This document shows, piece after piece, positions 48,465 to 57,308 of a DNA stretch of 64,000 bases. The stretch spans positions 1,109-65,108 of the forward strand of contig CAZRSB010000004.1 in the NCBI GenBank assembly GCA_964602715.1, written 5' to 3'. The first letter of the stretch is position 1, and every line of letters begins with the position of its first letter. The position numbers and the translations under genes were made by a program. The DNA comes from an uncultured Thermoplasmata archaeon (GTDB lineage Archaea; Thermoplasmatota; Thermoplasmata; Halarchaeoplasmatales; Halarchaeoplasmataceae). The notes under the pieces are model-generated. The model saw nothing but the letters and a program-made list of their open reading frames with translations. It made no database searches and was not told the DNA's origin.

Positions 48465-49769
48465 ATGAGAGAAGCTGTAATAGTTTCGGCGGTGAGAACA
48501 CCTCAAGGGAAATTTGGAGGATCATTAAAAGATTTAAGCGCAGTTGAATTAGGAAGTATTGCTGTTAAAGGGCTTTTTGAAGATCTGGACATGAGGCCAG
48601 AAAGTCCAAAGGATCTTATAGAGGCTAAACCAAATAAGTTAGACGAACAAAATAATTGTTCTGTTGAAGAACAATATTACAATTGGGAGGAAGAATTAAC
48701 AAGATTACCGATAGACGAGGTCATTTTGGGTAATGTACTTCAAGGTGGACAAGGTCAAAATCCAGCTAGGCAGGTAAGTATAAAAGCAGGGATACCTAGA
48801 GAGGTACCTTCACACACTGTTAATATGGTATGTGGTTCGGGGATGAAAGCGGTCAATTTAGCAGTAGAAAAAATAGAAAACGGCAAAGCGGATGCTGTAG
48901 TAGCAGGAGGATTTGAAAGTATGAGTAATGCTCCTTATCTACTTCCCAAAGCACGTTGGGGGAGAACAATGGATATAACAGGCAAAGGAGAAACTGTAGA
49001 TATGATGGTATGGGATGGATTGTATGAAATCTTTTATGATTATCACATGGGTAAAACTGCTGAAAATCTAGCTGATTTGTATGATATATCAAGAGAAGAA
49101 CAAGAAAGGTTGAGTGTTGAAAGTCACAATAGAGCTCTAAAAGCGGTGGAAGAAGGAATATTTGAAGACGAGATCATCCCGGTAAAAAAAGGAGAAGAAA
49201 TCATAGAGGAGGATGAACATCCAAGAAAAACTGACATGGAATCTGTAAAAAACCTACCACCTGTTTTTGACAGGAATGGAACCATAACAGCTGCTACATC
49301 TTCAGGCATATCAGATGGTGCTGCCGCCTTATTGATAACTTCGAGGAAATTTGCAGAGAAAAATGATATGAAAATTCTAGCGAGTATCAAAGATTTCTCT
49401 TCAGTGGGTGTAGATCCTAAATTTATGGGTCTAGGAGCTTCTGCTGCTATTGAACATCTTTTACTGAAAAATAATCTTACTAAGGATGAGATTGATTTAT
49501 TTGAAGAGAATGAAGCGTTTGCAGCTCAAATTCTCGCGTGCATGGAAGCGAGTGACGCACCAAAATACGGTGTAGGGATAAATGAAGAAGGAAGCGAAAA
49601 GATAAATCCCTATGGTTCTGGTATCTCACTAGGCCATCCAATTGGAGCTACGGGTGCGAGGATGTTGGTCACCTTAACACACGCTCTAAAAAGAAAAGGA
49701 AAAGACCTTGGATTGGCGAGTCTCTGTGTTGGAGGAGGGATGGGCATCGCAACTCTGATAGAGCGATAG
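48465..49769 (+). CDS. Acetyl-CoA C-acyltransferase (bacterial-type thiolase)
   Basis: AVRTPQGKFGG, NMVCGSGM, NEAFA, GHPIGATG, SLCVGGG. Confidence 0.93.
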   Translation: MREAVIVSAVRTPQGKFGGSLKDLSAVELGSIAVKGLFEDLDMRPESPKDLIEAKPNKLDEQNNCSVEEQYYNWEEELTRLPIDEVILGNVLQGGQGQNPARQVSIKAGIPREVPSHTVNMVCGSGMKAVNLAVEKIENGKADAVVAGGFESMSNAPYLLPKARWGRTMDITGKGETVDMMVWDGLYEIFYDYHMGKTAENLADLYDISREEQERLSVESHNRALKAVEEGIFEDEIIPVKKGEEIIEEDEHPRKTDMESVKNLPPVFDRNGTITAATSSGISDGAAALLITSRKFAEKNDMKILASIKDFSSVGVDPKFMGLGASAAIEHLLLKNNLTKDEIDLFEENEAFAAQILACMEASDAPKYGVGINEEGSEKINPYGSGISLGHPIGATGARMLVTLTHALKRKGKDLGLASLCVGGGMGIATLIER

Positions 49770-49773
49770 TAAA

Positions 49774-49797
49774 GGACATATGGACATATGGACATAT
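49774..49797. repeat. Tandem repeat (GGACATAT)x3
   Basis: Three exact 8-bp units immediately after the thiolase stop codon. Confidence 0.85.
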
Positions 49798-49958
49798 CAA
49801 AATACCTTACAACTTCCTTTAATTTATGTACATTTATAAGATAAATTTTACTCATTTCAATATATAAAACAACCTAGCCTAGTTATCATACTCAATATAC
49901 TAAAAACTAGATATAGATAATAAGAAAAAAGATTTGGGGGATGGAACTACGGTCCTTT

Positions 49959-50279
49959 CTAGAATAAAGAACCGAGCCCTTCTGCTGCTTCCTCTTTTTC
50001 TTTTTCTTCGTCTCTCTCTTCTTCCTCTTCTTCTTCCTCTTCTTCTTCCTCTTCTTCGGCTTCTTCGGCAGTCTCGGGAGCTGCTGCCCCTCCAGAGGGC
50101 ATAGCGAAACCTTCTTCGATAGCTTCGTCGATATCAACATCTTCTAAGCTTGCAGTCAAGGCTTTAACTCTAGCCTCTTCAACCTCAATTCCTGCAGCTT
50201 CCAAGACGTCTGTTATGCCATCTTCCGTTATCTCTTTACCTGCCGAATGAAGCAACATTGCGCCGTACACATATTCCAT
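49959..50279 (-). CDS. rpl12: 50S ribosomal protein L12 (P1/P2 type)
   Basis: [11 protein letters not shown]...acidic hinge...EGLGSLF. Confidence 0.97.
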   Translation of the reverse strand: MEYVYGAMLLHSAGKEITEDGITDVLEAAGIEVEEARVKALTASLEDVDIDEAIEEGFAMPSGGAAAPETAEEAEEEEEEEEEEEEEERDEEKEKEEAAEGLGSLF

Positions 50280-50310
50280 ATTTTATACCTCCTTTGAACA
50301 GTATTTTTTA

Positions 50311-51240
50311 TTATTCATCTTTTTCATCATTATTACCTTCATCATCAACATCCATGCCGAGCTTCTCTCTTAATTCACTATCGAGAGCTTCAGGGTCTAA
50401 CTTAGATGCTAAAGCTAAAACACTACTTGAAGCATTAGAAAGCATCGGTTCTATTGTTTCTTTATTGATAACATCACTATTGAAAGCTAGACTCAATGAT
50501 TCAATTTGAGACTTAGCTATCAAAGATTTGATGTTTTCTTTAGTTGGATAAGACACACCAACAGAAAGAGCAAATGCTGACGATGCACAATCTTTTATAT
50601 CTTGTCTGAATCGATCTAGATCTATATCCAAGTCATCTCTATCATAGATTATACCATCTTCGTGAACCGTTTTGAGATCGAGACCAACAGTTATAGGATT
50701 GATCTCCAATCTACCCAACATAGCGGCTAGATCTCTACTGATAGTATCTCCTTCCTCAACTACTGTCTTGGTTTGGTTGATCACTACTTTACCACCCTGT
50801 ATAGAAGCGGGAATACCTACATTTTGAAGGTCACCAACGATAGGTCCTGGTTTGAAAGGTGTCTCACCCTCCTCAACCTTGACATCTTCTGGGGCGGTTT
50901 CTCCTCCACTAGCTGGTGCTTTGGTCTTTGTCTTTTCCATCCTATTGAAAAGCTTGAAAGGATTTAAATCAGTACTAACTAAAGCAACTTGTCCTTCGAT
51001 GTAATCTTTGAGTTCATCTAAATTTTCTTTATTATCGTCTATTCTGCCGAGAGCTTTTTTTATAAAGGTGTTTTTTGAAGCTCGAATCGTAGCAACATCT
51101 CTAAGTTTAGCTCTCATCTGCTGCATCTGACGAGCAGGGATTCCTTCTATATTTACAACGCCGATAACTGGTGTTGTTTCAAGGAATTCAGTCAGTTCTT
51201 CTATTTCTCTTTTCTTCCATTCTGGTACATCTTCACTCAT
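50311..51240 (-). CDS. rplP0: 50S ribosomal protein L10 (P0)
   Basis: VPEWKKREIEEL, IPARQMQQMR, TPFKPGPIVGDLQ. Confidence 0.96.
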   Translation of the reverse strand: MSEDVPEWKKREIEELTEFLETTPVIGVVNIEGIPARQMQQMRAKLRDVATIRASKNTFIKKALGRIDDNKENLDELKDYIEGQVALVSTDLNPFKLFNRMEKTKTKAPASGGETAPEDVKVEEGETPFKPGPIVGDLQNVGIPASIQGGKVVINQTKTVVEEGDTISRDLAAMLGRLEINPITVGLDLKTVHEDGIIYDRDDLDIDLDRFRQDIKDCASSAFALSVGVSYPTKENIKSLIAKSQIESLSLAFNSDVINKETIEPMLSNASSSVLALASKLDPEALDSELREKLGMDVDDEGNNDEKDE

Positions 51241-51249
51241 CTTTATCCC

Positions 51250-51888
51250 TCACATGATCCTCACGGCTGGGCCCATGGTCGTTTTTACATAGACGCTGTT
51301 TATATTTATCTCCCTTCTTTCTAGATTTTGTATGATCCTCCTCATAACAGTATCTATGTTATCTGCTATCTCTTCTTCGTCAAGTTCAGAAGTGCCTACT
51401 GGGGCATGGAACGTTTTTCTATCGCCTGATCTCACGTGAACAGTTCCTTTTAAAGACTTTACAGTTTCTTCTAAATCATCATCCGGAGTTATAGGATTTG
51501 GCATCTTTCCCTGTGGTCCTAGGATCGAACCTAATTCCCTACCGATAATAGGCATAAGTGACGGTTCTGCCAAAAAGAATTGGTGTTCTTCGGCTAATTT
51601 TCTTGCCTTTCTTTTATCGTCGGATAGATCTTCTATTTCATCTTTCTCGACCACTGTATCAGCTACATCTTTTGCTTGATGTGCCATCTCTCCGGTTCCA
51701 AAAAAACCAACTTTTATTTCCCTGCCTCTACCATTTGGGAGCACAATCTCTTCATCTATTCTGTTTCCAGGTTGAGAAAGATCTATATCTCTCAAATTTA
51801 TAGCTAAATCGACACTCTCTTCGAAATTCCTATCTGGTGCTTCTTCAAGAGCCTTTTTGACTCCTTCTAATGTCTTTTCGTCTGCCAA
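51250..51888 (-). CDS. rpl1: 50S ribosomal protein L1
   Basis: RNFEESVDLAINL, LGPQGKMP, VKTTMGP; TTG start after GGAGGT. Confidence 0.96.
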   Translation of the reverse strand: MADEKTLEGVKKALEEAPDRNFEESVDLAINLRDIDLSQPGNRIDEEIVLPNGRGREIKVGFFGTGEMAHQAKDVADTVVEKDEIEDLSDDKRKARKLAEEHQFFLAEPSLMPIIGRELGSILGPQGKMPNPITPDDDLEETVKSLKGTVHVRSGDRKTFHAPVGTSELDEEEIADNIDTVMRRIIQNLERREININSVYVKTTMGPAVRIM

Positions 51889-51896
51889 TTTTGTTA

Positions 51897-51955
51897 CCTC
51901 CTGTAGTAATTACGGCCCTGAAAAATTGATTCAGGGATGACCTCCTACAGGTCTG
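51897..51955 (-). promoter_or_regulatory. Putative L1 autogenous-control leader (23S rRNA L1-site mimic)
   Basis: Minus-strand RNA CCUGUAG-GAG-GUCAU-CCCUGAA...UUCAGGG-CCGUAAUUA-CUACAGG-AGGU. Outer stem 51900-06 with 51945-51; inner stem 51916-22 with 51930-36. TTTAAATA box at 51977-84. Confidence 0.7.
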
Positions 51956-52047
51956 TCCTTTCAGAACTAGGGTTCCTATTTAAAGGTTTTGGCCTCCCTC
52001 TCGAACAATCGTCGAGATATCACACATGATAATCTAACTTGTGATCT

Positions 52048-52950
52048 TTGATCCCAAAAATAAAGGATGTATTTTCGCTAATTTTAAAAAGGTGTCCGTT
52101 AATAACTATGATGATCACTATCACAAAGAAAGATATCGACTCTGCGATAGATCTTATAGACGAGGAAAAGATCGTTGATTATGAATATTATCCTGGTGAA
52201 TTTAAAGAAGATATTCAAAAAATAGAACATGCTTTGAAAAATATCGACGAAGAATTCATTGATAAAGAAAATATTGAAAAAAAATTTAAGAAAATTAACT
52301 CTCTTTTAAAAGAAGAGGATTATAAAGAATCTGTCCAGATGACGCACGACCTTTTGATAGAAATAGATATTTTAGATGATCTGACTTTCATTTTGAGTCA
52401 TATTGATGACATCCTTGATTCATATCGAGAAAATAAATCTGAGATCCCAGCTAAGTTGATTCAAAAAAGGGATAAGATACAAAGACTATGTACAGAAAGA
52501 AAGTACAAAAAAGCCTTATCGGAGGCGAAAACTCTAGAAAAAGATATTGAAGATACTGATCCGCACATTTTAGATGAATTATGGGAAACAAAAATAAGAA
52601 AAGTGAGAAAAAAATTAAGGATCGCACGATTTTCTGGCTTTGGACTCTCCAAGACTAAAGAGTTAGCCAAAAAAGGTGTTGAAAGTAAAAAGCAAGGAGA
52701 AATCAAAAAAGCCCTTGAAATTATAGATTTGGCTTCTGATCTCTTGGATGAACTCTTCTTATTTTCTCAAAAATTCGATGACTCCAAGAAAGATCTAGAA
52801 AATATTTTAAAAGAAGACCTGGAAAAAAAGGAAGAGATATGGGCACTCCGGCTGGAGGATATTTACGATCTATTAGATGAAGGTGAATTTAAAAAAGCGG
52901 AGACCCTTCTAAACGGATTTCCTTCTTTGAAAAGAAAAAAAAATAATTGA
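52048..52950 (+). CDS. Hypothetical all-helical charged protein
   Basis: 300-aa ORF with host-like codon usage and repeated helical-hairpin pattern; start uncertain. Confidence 0.6.
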   Translation: MIPKIKDVFSLILKRCPLITMMITITKKDIDSAIDLIDEEKIVDYEYYPGEFKEDIQKIEHALKNIDEEFIDKENIEKKFKKINSLLKEEDYKESVQMTHDLLIEIDILDDLTFILSHIDDILDSYRENKSEIPAKLIQKRDKIQRLCTERKYKKALSEAKTLEKDIEDTDPHILDELWETKIRKVRKKLRIARFSGFGLSKTKELAKKGVESKKQGEIKKALEIIDLASDLLDELFLFSQKFDDSKKDLENILKEDLEKKEEIWALRLEDIYDLLDEGEFKKAETLLNGFPSLKRKKNN

Positions 52951-52962
52951 AAGGATGAATAT

Positions 52963-54318
52963 TTATGAATGTACACTCTCCCCAGTGACATTCTCCGCAG
53001 CTTCTTTTATAGCTTCTGAAAAGGTAGGATGCGGATGTATGACTTTACCTAATTCTTCGCTTTTCACTTTTTCTTCTATAGCAATTGCTCCTTCCATGAC
53101 TATATCTGTAGCTCCTGGACATGCAAGGTGGAGCCCTACAACAATATCTTCCTCGTCAACTATAACCTTAGCTAGTCCCATCCTTTCTCCAGTAGAAGAA
53201 CCCCTACCAGTGGCAGAGATAGGATATTTTCCTACATTTACGCCACTAATTCTATCCCTTGCCTCTTTTTCTGTCAGGCCAACACTTGCTATTTCAGGAT
53301 GAGTAAATATACCTGCAGGCACATTTGATGGGTCAAAGGCTGCTGTTTCCTTGCATAAAATATCATTTACAGCTATCTCTGCTTGCTTGAAAGCAGAGTG
53401 GGCCAACATAGATTTTCCAGTTACGTCTCCTACCGCATATATATTATCATAGTTTGTCTTCATACATTCATTCACATCTATGAAACCTTCTTCATTTGAT
53501 AACTTGATATTACTTTCTGGAGGAGTCGGTTTTCGTCCAACAGAACTCAAGACCTTCTCTACCTCAATAACCTTTTCCGTTTCACCTTCTATTTTTGCTT
53601 CTATTGGATCTTTATTTTTGATTTCTGAAACCTTAGAACCAGTGTAAAAATTGACTCTTTTTCTTTTCATCATCTTTTCGGCCACTTTACTCAGATCCCT
53701 ATCCATAGTAGGTATCAATCTGTCCATAAGCTCTACTATATGGACATCTGAGCCCATCGATGAGTAGATATAAGCCATCTCCAACCCTATGTAACCACCG
53801 CCCACTATCAACATCGAATCGGGGACTTCATCTAAATATAGTGCTCCTTTGCTCGATAGTACTGTTTCTTCATCGATCTCCAGATGAGGTAAAGATGCGG
53901 GTTTCGATCCTGTAGCTATTATAATGTAATCAGATTTCAAAACTTTATCGTCTACTTTTACACTAGATTTATCTATCAACTCAGCTTCACCTTCTATAAC
54001 TTCAATATCGTGCTTTTCAAATAGGTTAATGATCGCTTTTCTAGAAACTTTGACTGCCCTGTCCTTTTTCTTCATAACTTTTTGAAAATCGACCTCTTTT
54101 AATTCTGCCTTAATCCCGTCCCTTCTTGCTCCTTTGATAGTTTCGATCTTTTCAGCCGTAGAAAGTAATGCTTTAGATGGTATACAACCTCTATTAGTGC
54201 AAACTCCACCTATCACATCTTTTTCTACCACTCTCACTTCTAAACCGTGCTTGGAAGCTAATACTGCGGCCACGTAACCTCCAGGTCCACTTCCTATAAC
54301 AGTCAAATTTTCGCCCAT
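52963..54318 (-). CDS. lpdA: Dihydrolipoyl dehydrogenase
   Basis: GSGPGGY, GGVCTNRGCIPSK, GGGYIGLE, AVGDV, HPHPTFSE. Confidence 0.93.
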   Translation of the reverse strand: MGENLTVIGSGPGGYVAAVLASKHGLEVRVVEKDVIGGVCTNRGCIPSKALLSTAEKIETIKGARRDGIKAELKEVDFQKVMKKKDRAVKVSRKAIINLFEKHDIEVIEGEAELIDKSSVKVDDKVLKSDYIIIATGSKPASLPHLEIDEETVLSSKGALYLDEVPDSMLIVGGGYIGLEMAYIYSSMGSDVHIVELMDRLIPTMDRDLSKVAEKMMKRKRVNFYTGSKVSEIKNKDPIEAKIEGETEKVIEVEKVLSSVGRKPTPPESNIKLSNEEGFIDVNECMKTNYDNIYAVGDVTGKSMLAHSAFKQAEIAVNDILCKETAAFDPSNVPAGIFTHPEIASVGLTEKEARDRISGVNVGKYPISATGRGSSTGERMGLAKVIVDEEDIVVGLHLACPGATDIVMEGAIAIEEKVKSEELGKVIHPHPTFSEAIKEAAENVTGESVHS

Positions 54319-54460
54319 CTTATCGAAACAGTATTTACATTTTGTATATATAGGATTTGGTGATAGTCAATTTGGACTAATTCGGTCTATAATCCATAAA
54401 TATTAATATTAGTTCGTCAATTGGAAAACGATTAAAAGTTGTATGTGAGGCGATGAAACT

Positions 54461-55552
54461 ATGGAGTCATTGGTGGATGAAGCTCTTTCAGATGAAAATG
54501 AAGTGAAAAAGAATGATTATCAGGACGCTGAAACTGATGAGGAACTCAAAGAAGTGCTCCAATCATTAAAAACCAACATATATATTGTAGGACTTGGGGG
54601 GGCAGGATGCAATACGATAAACCGAGTCTCCGAAGAAGGTATTCACGGCGCAAAGATGATAGCAGGGAACACGGATGCCCAAGATCTCTTGACAGTTAGA
54701 GCTAACAGAAAGGTATTGATGGGGCGTAACTTGACCAAGGGTTTAGGAGCTGGAGCAAAACCCCAAATAGGAGAAAAAGCCGCTAAAGAAGCAAAAGAGA
54801 AGTACGAGGAGATATTAGGTGATGCAGATATTACCTTTTTAACATGTGGACTAGGAGGTGGAACTGGTACCGGATCTGTGGCACCTGTTGCGGAAATAGC
54901 TAAAGATGCGGGTAGTCTGACCATCGCGGTTGTGACTAAACCCTTTGAAGCTGAGGGACGATCTCGGATGAAAAATGCTAAATGGGGTTTAAACAGGATT
55001 GGCAACATCGCAGACACCGTGATAGTCATTCCCAATGATAGATTATTAGAACTCGTACCTCGTTTACCATTGAATAAAGCATTCAAAGTGGCCGACGAAG
55101 TATTGATGCGGGCTATCAAAGGTATGACCGAAATCATCACCAAACCTGGTCTTGTTAATCTTGATTACAATGATTTAAGAACGATCATGCAAGGTGCTGG
55201 TCAAGCTATGATAGGCATGGGAGAATCGTCTGCAGGTGGAGATAAAAGAGCAGAAGAAGCGATAGAAGAGGCGATCAATTCTCCACTCTTGGATGTCGAC
55301 ATTTCAGGTGCTACCGGGGTATTAATCAATGTTACTGGGCCTGATGACATGAGCGTTCACGAGGCAGAGATGGTAGCAGAAAACGTGGAGAAAAAAGCTG
55401 GGGATGGTGCAAATATTATCTGGGGCTGTAGTGTAGACCCTACTTTGGAAGACACAATAAAAGTGATGATAGTCGCTACTGGAGTTAAATCCAAACAGAT
55501 TTTCAGTCCTGAAGAGAGCACTTCAAAGCAAGGTATAAAGAAAGTAGCCTAG
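54461..55552 (+). CDS. ftsZ: Cell division GTPase FtsZ (FtsZ1-like)
   Basis: GLGGAGCN, NTDAQDL, GLGGGTGTG, VNLDYND. Confidence 0.96.
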   Translation: MESLVDEALSDENEVKKNDYQDAETDEELKEVLQSLKTNIYIVGLGGAGCNTINRVSEEGIHGAKMIAGNTDAQDLLTVRANRKVLMGRNLTKGLGAGAKPQIGEKAAKEAKEKYEEILGDADITFLTCGLGGGTGTGSVAPVAEIAKDAGSLTIAVVTKPFEAEGRSRMKNAKWGLNRIGNIADTVIVIPNDRLLELVPRLPLNKAFKVADEVLMRAIKGMTEIITKPGLVNLDYNDLRTIMQGAGQAMIGMGESSAGGDKRAEEAIEEAINSPLLDVDISGATGVLINVTGPDDMSVHEAEMVAENVEKKAGDGANIIWGCSVDPTLEDTIKVMIVATGVKSKQIFSPEESTSKQGIKKVA

Positions 55553-55692
55553 TTTGAAGAAAACAAAGACTAAAAACCTTTACTTTTTTAATAAGATATT
55601 TATAAAAAATTTGAATCACAATGTTAATTAATAACTTCATTCTCATTGATAATCACATATGTTTGCATGCTTCGGAACTATTAAAAGATTAA

Positions 55693-56640
55693 ATGGAGGT
55701 GTCGCATCTGGATAGAAGGAAATCAGTAGTAATTATCTTTATACTCTTTCTGATAAGTGTCTGGTTAATAGGAAGTATGATGAACTTCCAATTTGATGAT
55801 CCAGAAGAAGGATTAGATGGAGGCGTTCAGATCGTTGGTCCCGTGACCGCTATTTTGATATTTGGTTTACCAGTGTTTATAATTTGGAAAACAAGGACTA
55901 AAATATTTTTACTAATGTTCATTGGGGGATTATTCTGGATAATAACACCATTCTTTTTTGAAGGTCTCACAGTGTTACTACTAGGAATTATTATACTGGG
56001 ACTTTTATTAGTACTCTTAGCATTTAAGAAAGGATATATCAATAAGAAAAAAGCAATTTTGTTATTCGCTTTAACTGGAGGACTTGGAGGTACTGTATTT
56101 TACCTATTTGTTATCGCACCGGGAGGTTATGCTGCTGGACGAGGTAACGGAGAATCTTTGATCGATCTTCCATCTATCTTCGCTTTAGATAGGATCGGAA
56201 ATTTGTTACAAGAAGGTTTACTCGTGCTTATATTGATATCAATATTTGCAATCGGATTCTTCATATACAATAAATTTGATCTTTATCAAATATTCGAACA
56301 GACACAAACAGAAGAAAAAGATATTGAACAGGATATATCCTCCGCGGTCGATGACACCTTACAGGACCTATACAAAGGAAACAATATAGAATCCACTATT
56401 ATGAGATGCTATCAACGTATGTCTATGATACTTGAAGATAAAGGTGTAAAAGATGAAAAGTATATGACTCCTAGAGAATTAGAAAAAGCGGCTAATGAAA
56501 TCTTAGATGTCCCTATCTCAAAAATTTCTAGGATAATCGATATATTTGAACTTGTCAAATATAGTGAACACAGTATAGATGAGAAAGATAAGCTAAAAGT
56601 AGTTGATGATCTTAAAGCTCTGAGAGATGAACTAACATGA
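55693..56640 (+). CDS. Membrane protein with C-terminal DUF4129 domain
   Basis: Multiple TM segments; IMRCYQRM...GVKDEKYMTPRE...IFELVKYSEH. Confidence 0.8.
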   Translation: MEVSHLDRRKSVVIIFILFLISVWLIGSMMNFQFDDPEEGLDGGVQIVGPVTAILIFGLPVFIIWKTRTKIFLLMFIGGLFWIITPFFFEGLTVLLLGIIILGLLLVLLAFKKGYINKKKAILLFALTGGLGGTVFYLFVIAPGGYAAGRGNGESLIDLPSIFALDRIGNLLQEGLLVLILISIFAIGFFIYNKFDLYQIFEQTQTEEKDIEQDISSAVDDTLQDLYKGNNIESTIMRCYQRMSMILEDKGVKDEKYMTPRELEKAANEILDVPISKISRIIDIFELVKYSEHSIDEKDKLKVVDDLKALRDELT

Positions 56641-57263
56641 TAACGAAAATTTCCGATGGTGTTAAGATTTTCATTGACAAACATCAATCGTCGTATCTAT
56701 TTTATCTTTTATTAGGACTATTAGCGATAATATCAACTGTTTTTATTTTAAGTGGTGAAACTGATATCGCCCATACACTTGGGAGAGCTATGGCTTTAAT
56801 TTTTATTTTTGGGCTATCCTACGGTTTAGTTGAATGGATATTTTCTGTTACAGAAGAGCAGGAGTATTGGGAAGAAAAAGAAGATGTAGATGAGAATATA
56901 AATTTACACGTTAAAGATATTTCAGAACTACTAGAAAGAGCCTCGGAAGGAAAGGAAAAAAGTAGAGAAAAACTTCATAGAAAGATAAAAGAAGTCTTCC
57001 TTCTGAAGTTAAAAAGTAAAAAAGATATTTCTGACGAAAAGATGAAGGACTTGTTGAATGATACCGATCAATTAAAAAGAGAAATCGGAGATGAGTTTAT
57101 ATCTGAGTTCATTATTAAAACAGGACAAAAAAAATATAAATTCGAAGAAGAAGAAAAAAAAGTTAAGAAAAAAAACTTGATCAAATATAAAAAACGATAT
57201 AAGGAAAAAATAAAAGAATTGCTCATAAGAATAAACGATTGGGATAAAGATGAAAAAATGTAA
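56637..57263 (+). CDS. Membrane protein of the DUF4129/DUF58 cluster
   Basis: Two TM segments followed by a charged helical domain; ATGA overlap with the upstream gene. Confidence 0.65.
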   Translation: MITKISDGVKIFIDKHQSSYLFYLLLGLLAIISTVFILSGETDIAHTLGRAMALIFIFGLSYGLVEWIFSVTEEQEYWEEKEDVDENINLHVKDISELLERASEGKEKSREKLHRKIKEVFLLKLKSKKDISDEKMKDLLNDTDQLKREIGDEFISEFIIKTGQKKYKFEEEEKKVKKKNLIKYKKRYKEKIKELLIRINDWDKDEKM

Positions 57264-57308
57264 CGTAGATCTCAAAAAATATCAAAATCTTCAGGAGCGA
57301 CGTAAAAG

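Noticed and set aside
49985-50065. TCT/TTC-rich repeat tract
   Set aside because: Normal acidic hinge of ribosomal protein L12.
54643-55143. 166-aa minus-strand ORF
   Set aside because: Antisense shadow of ftsZ.
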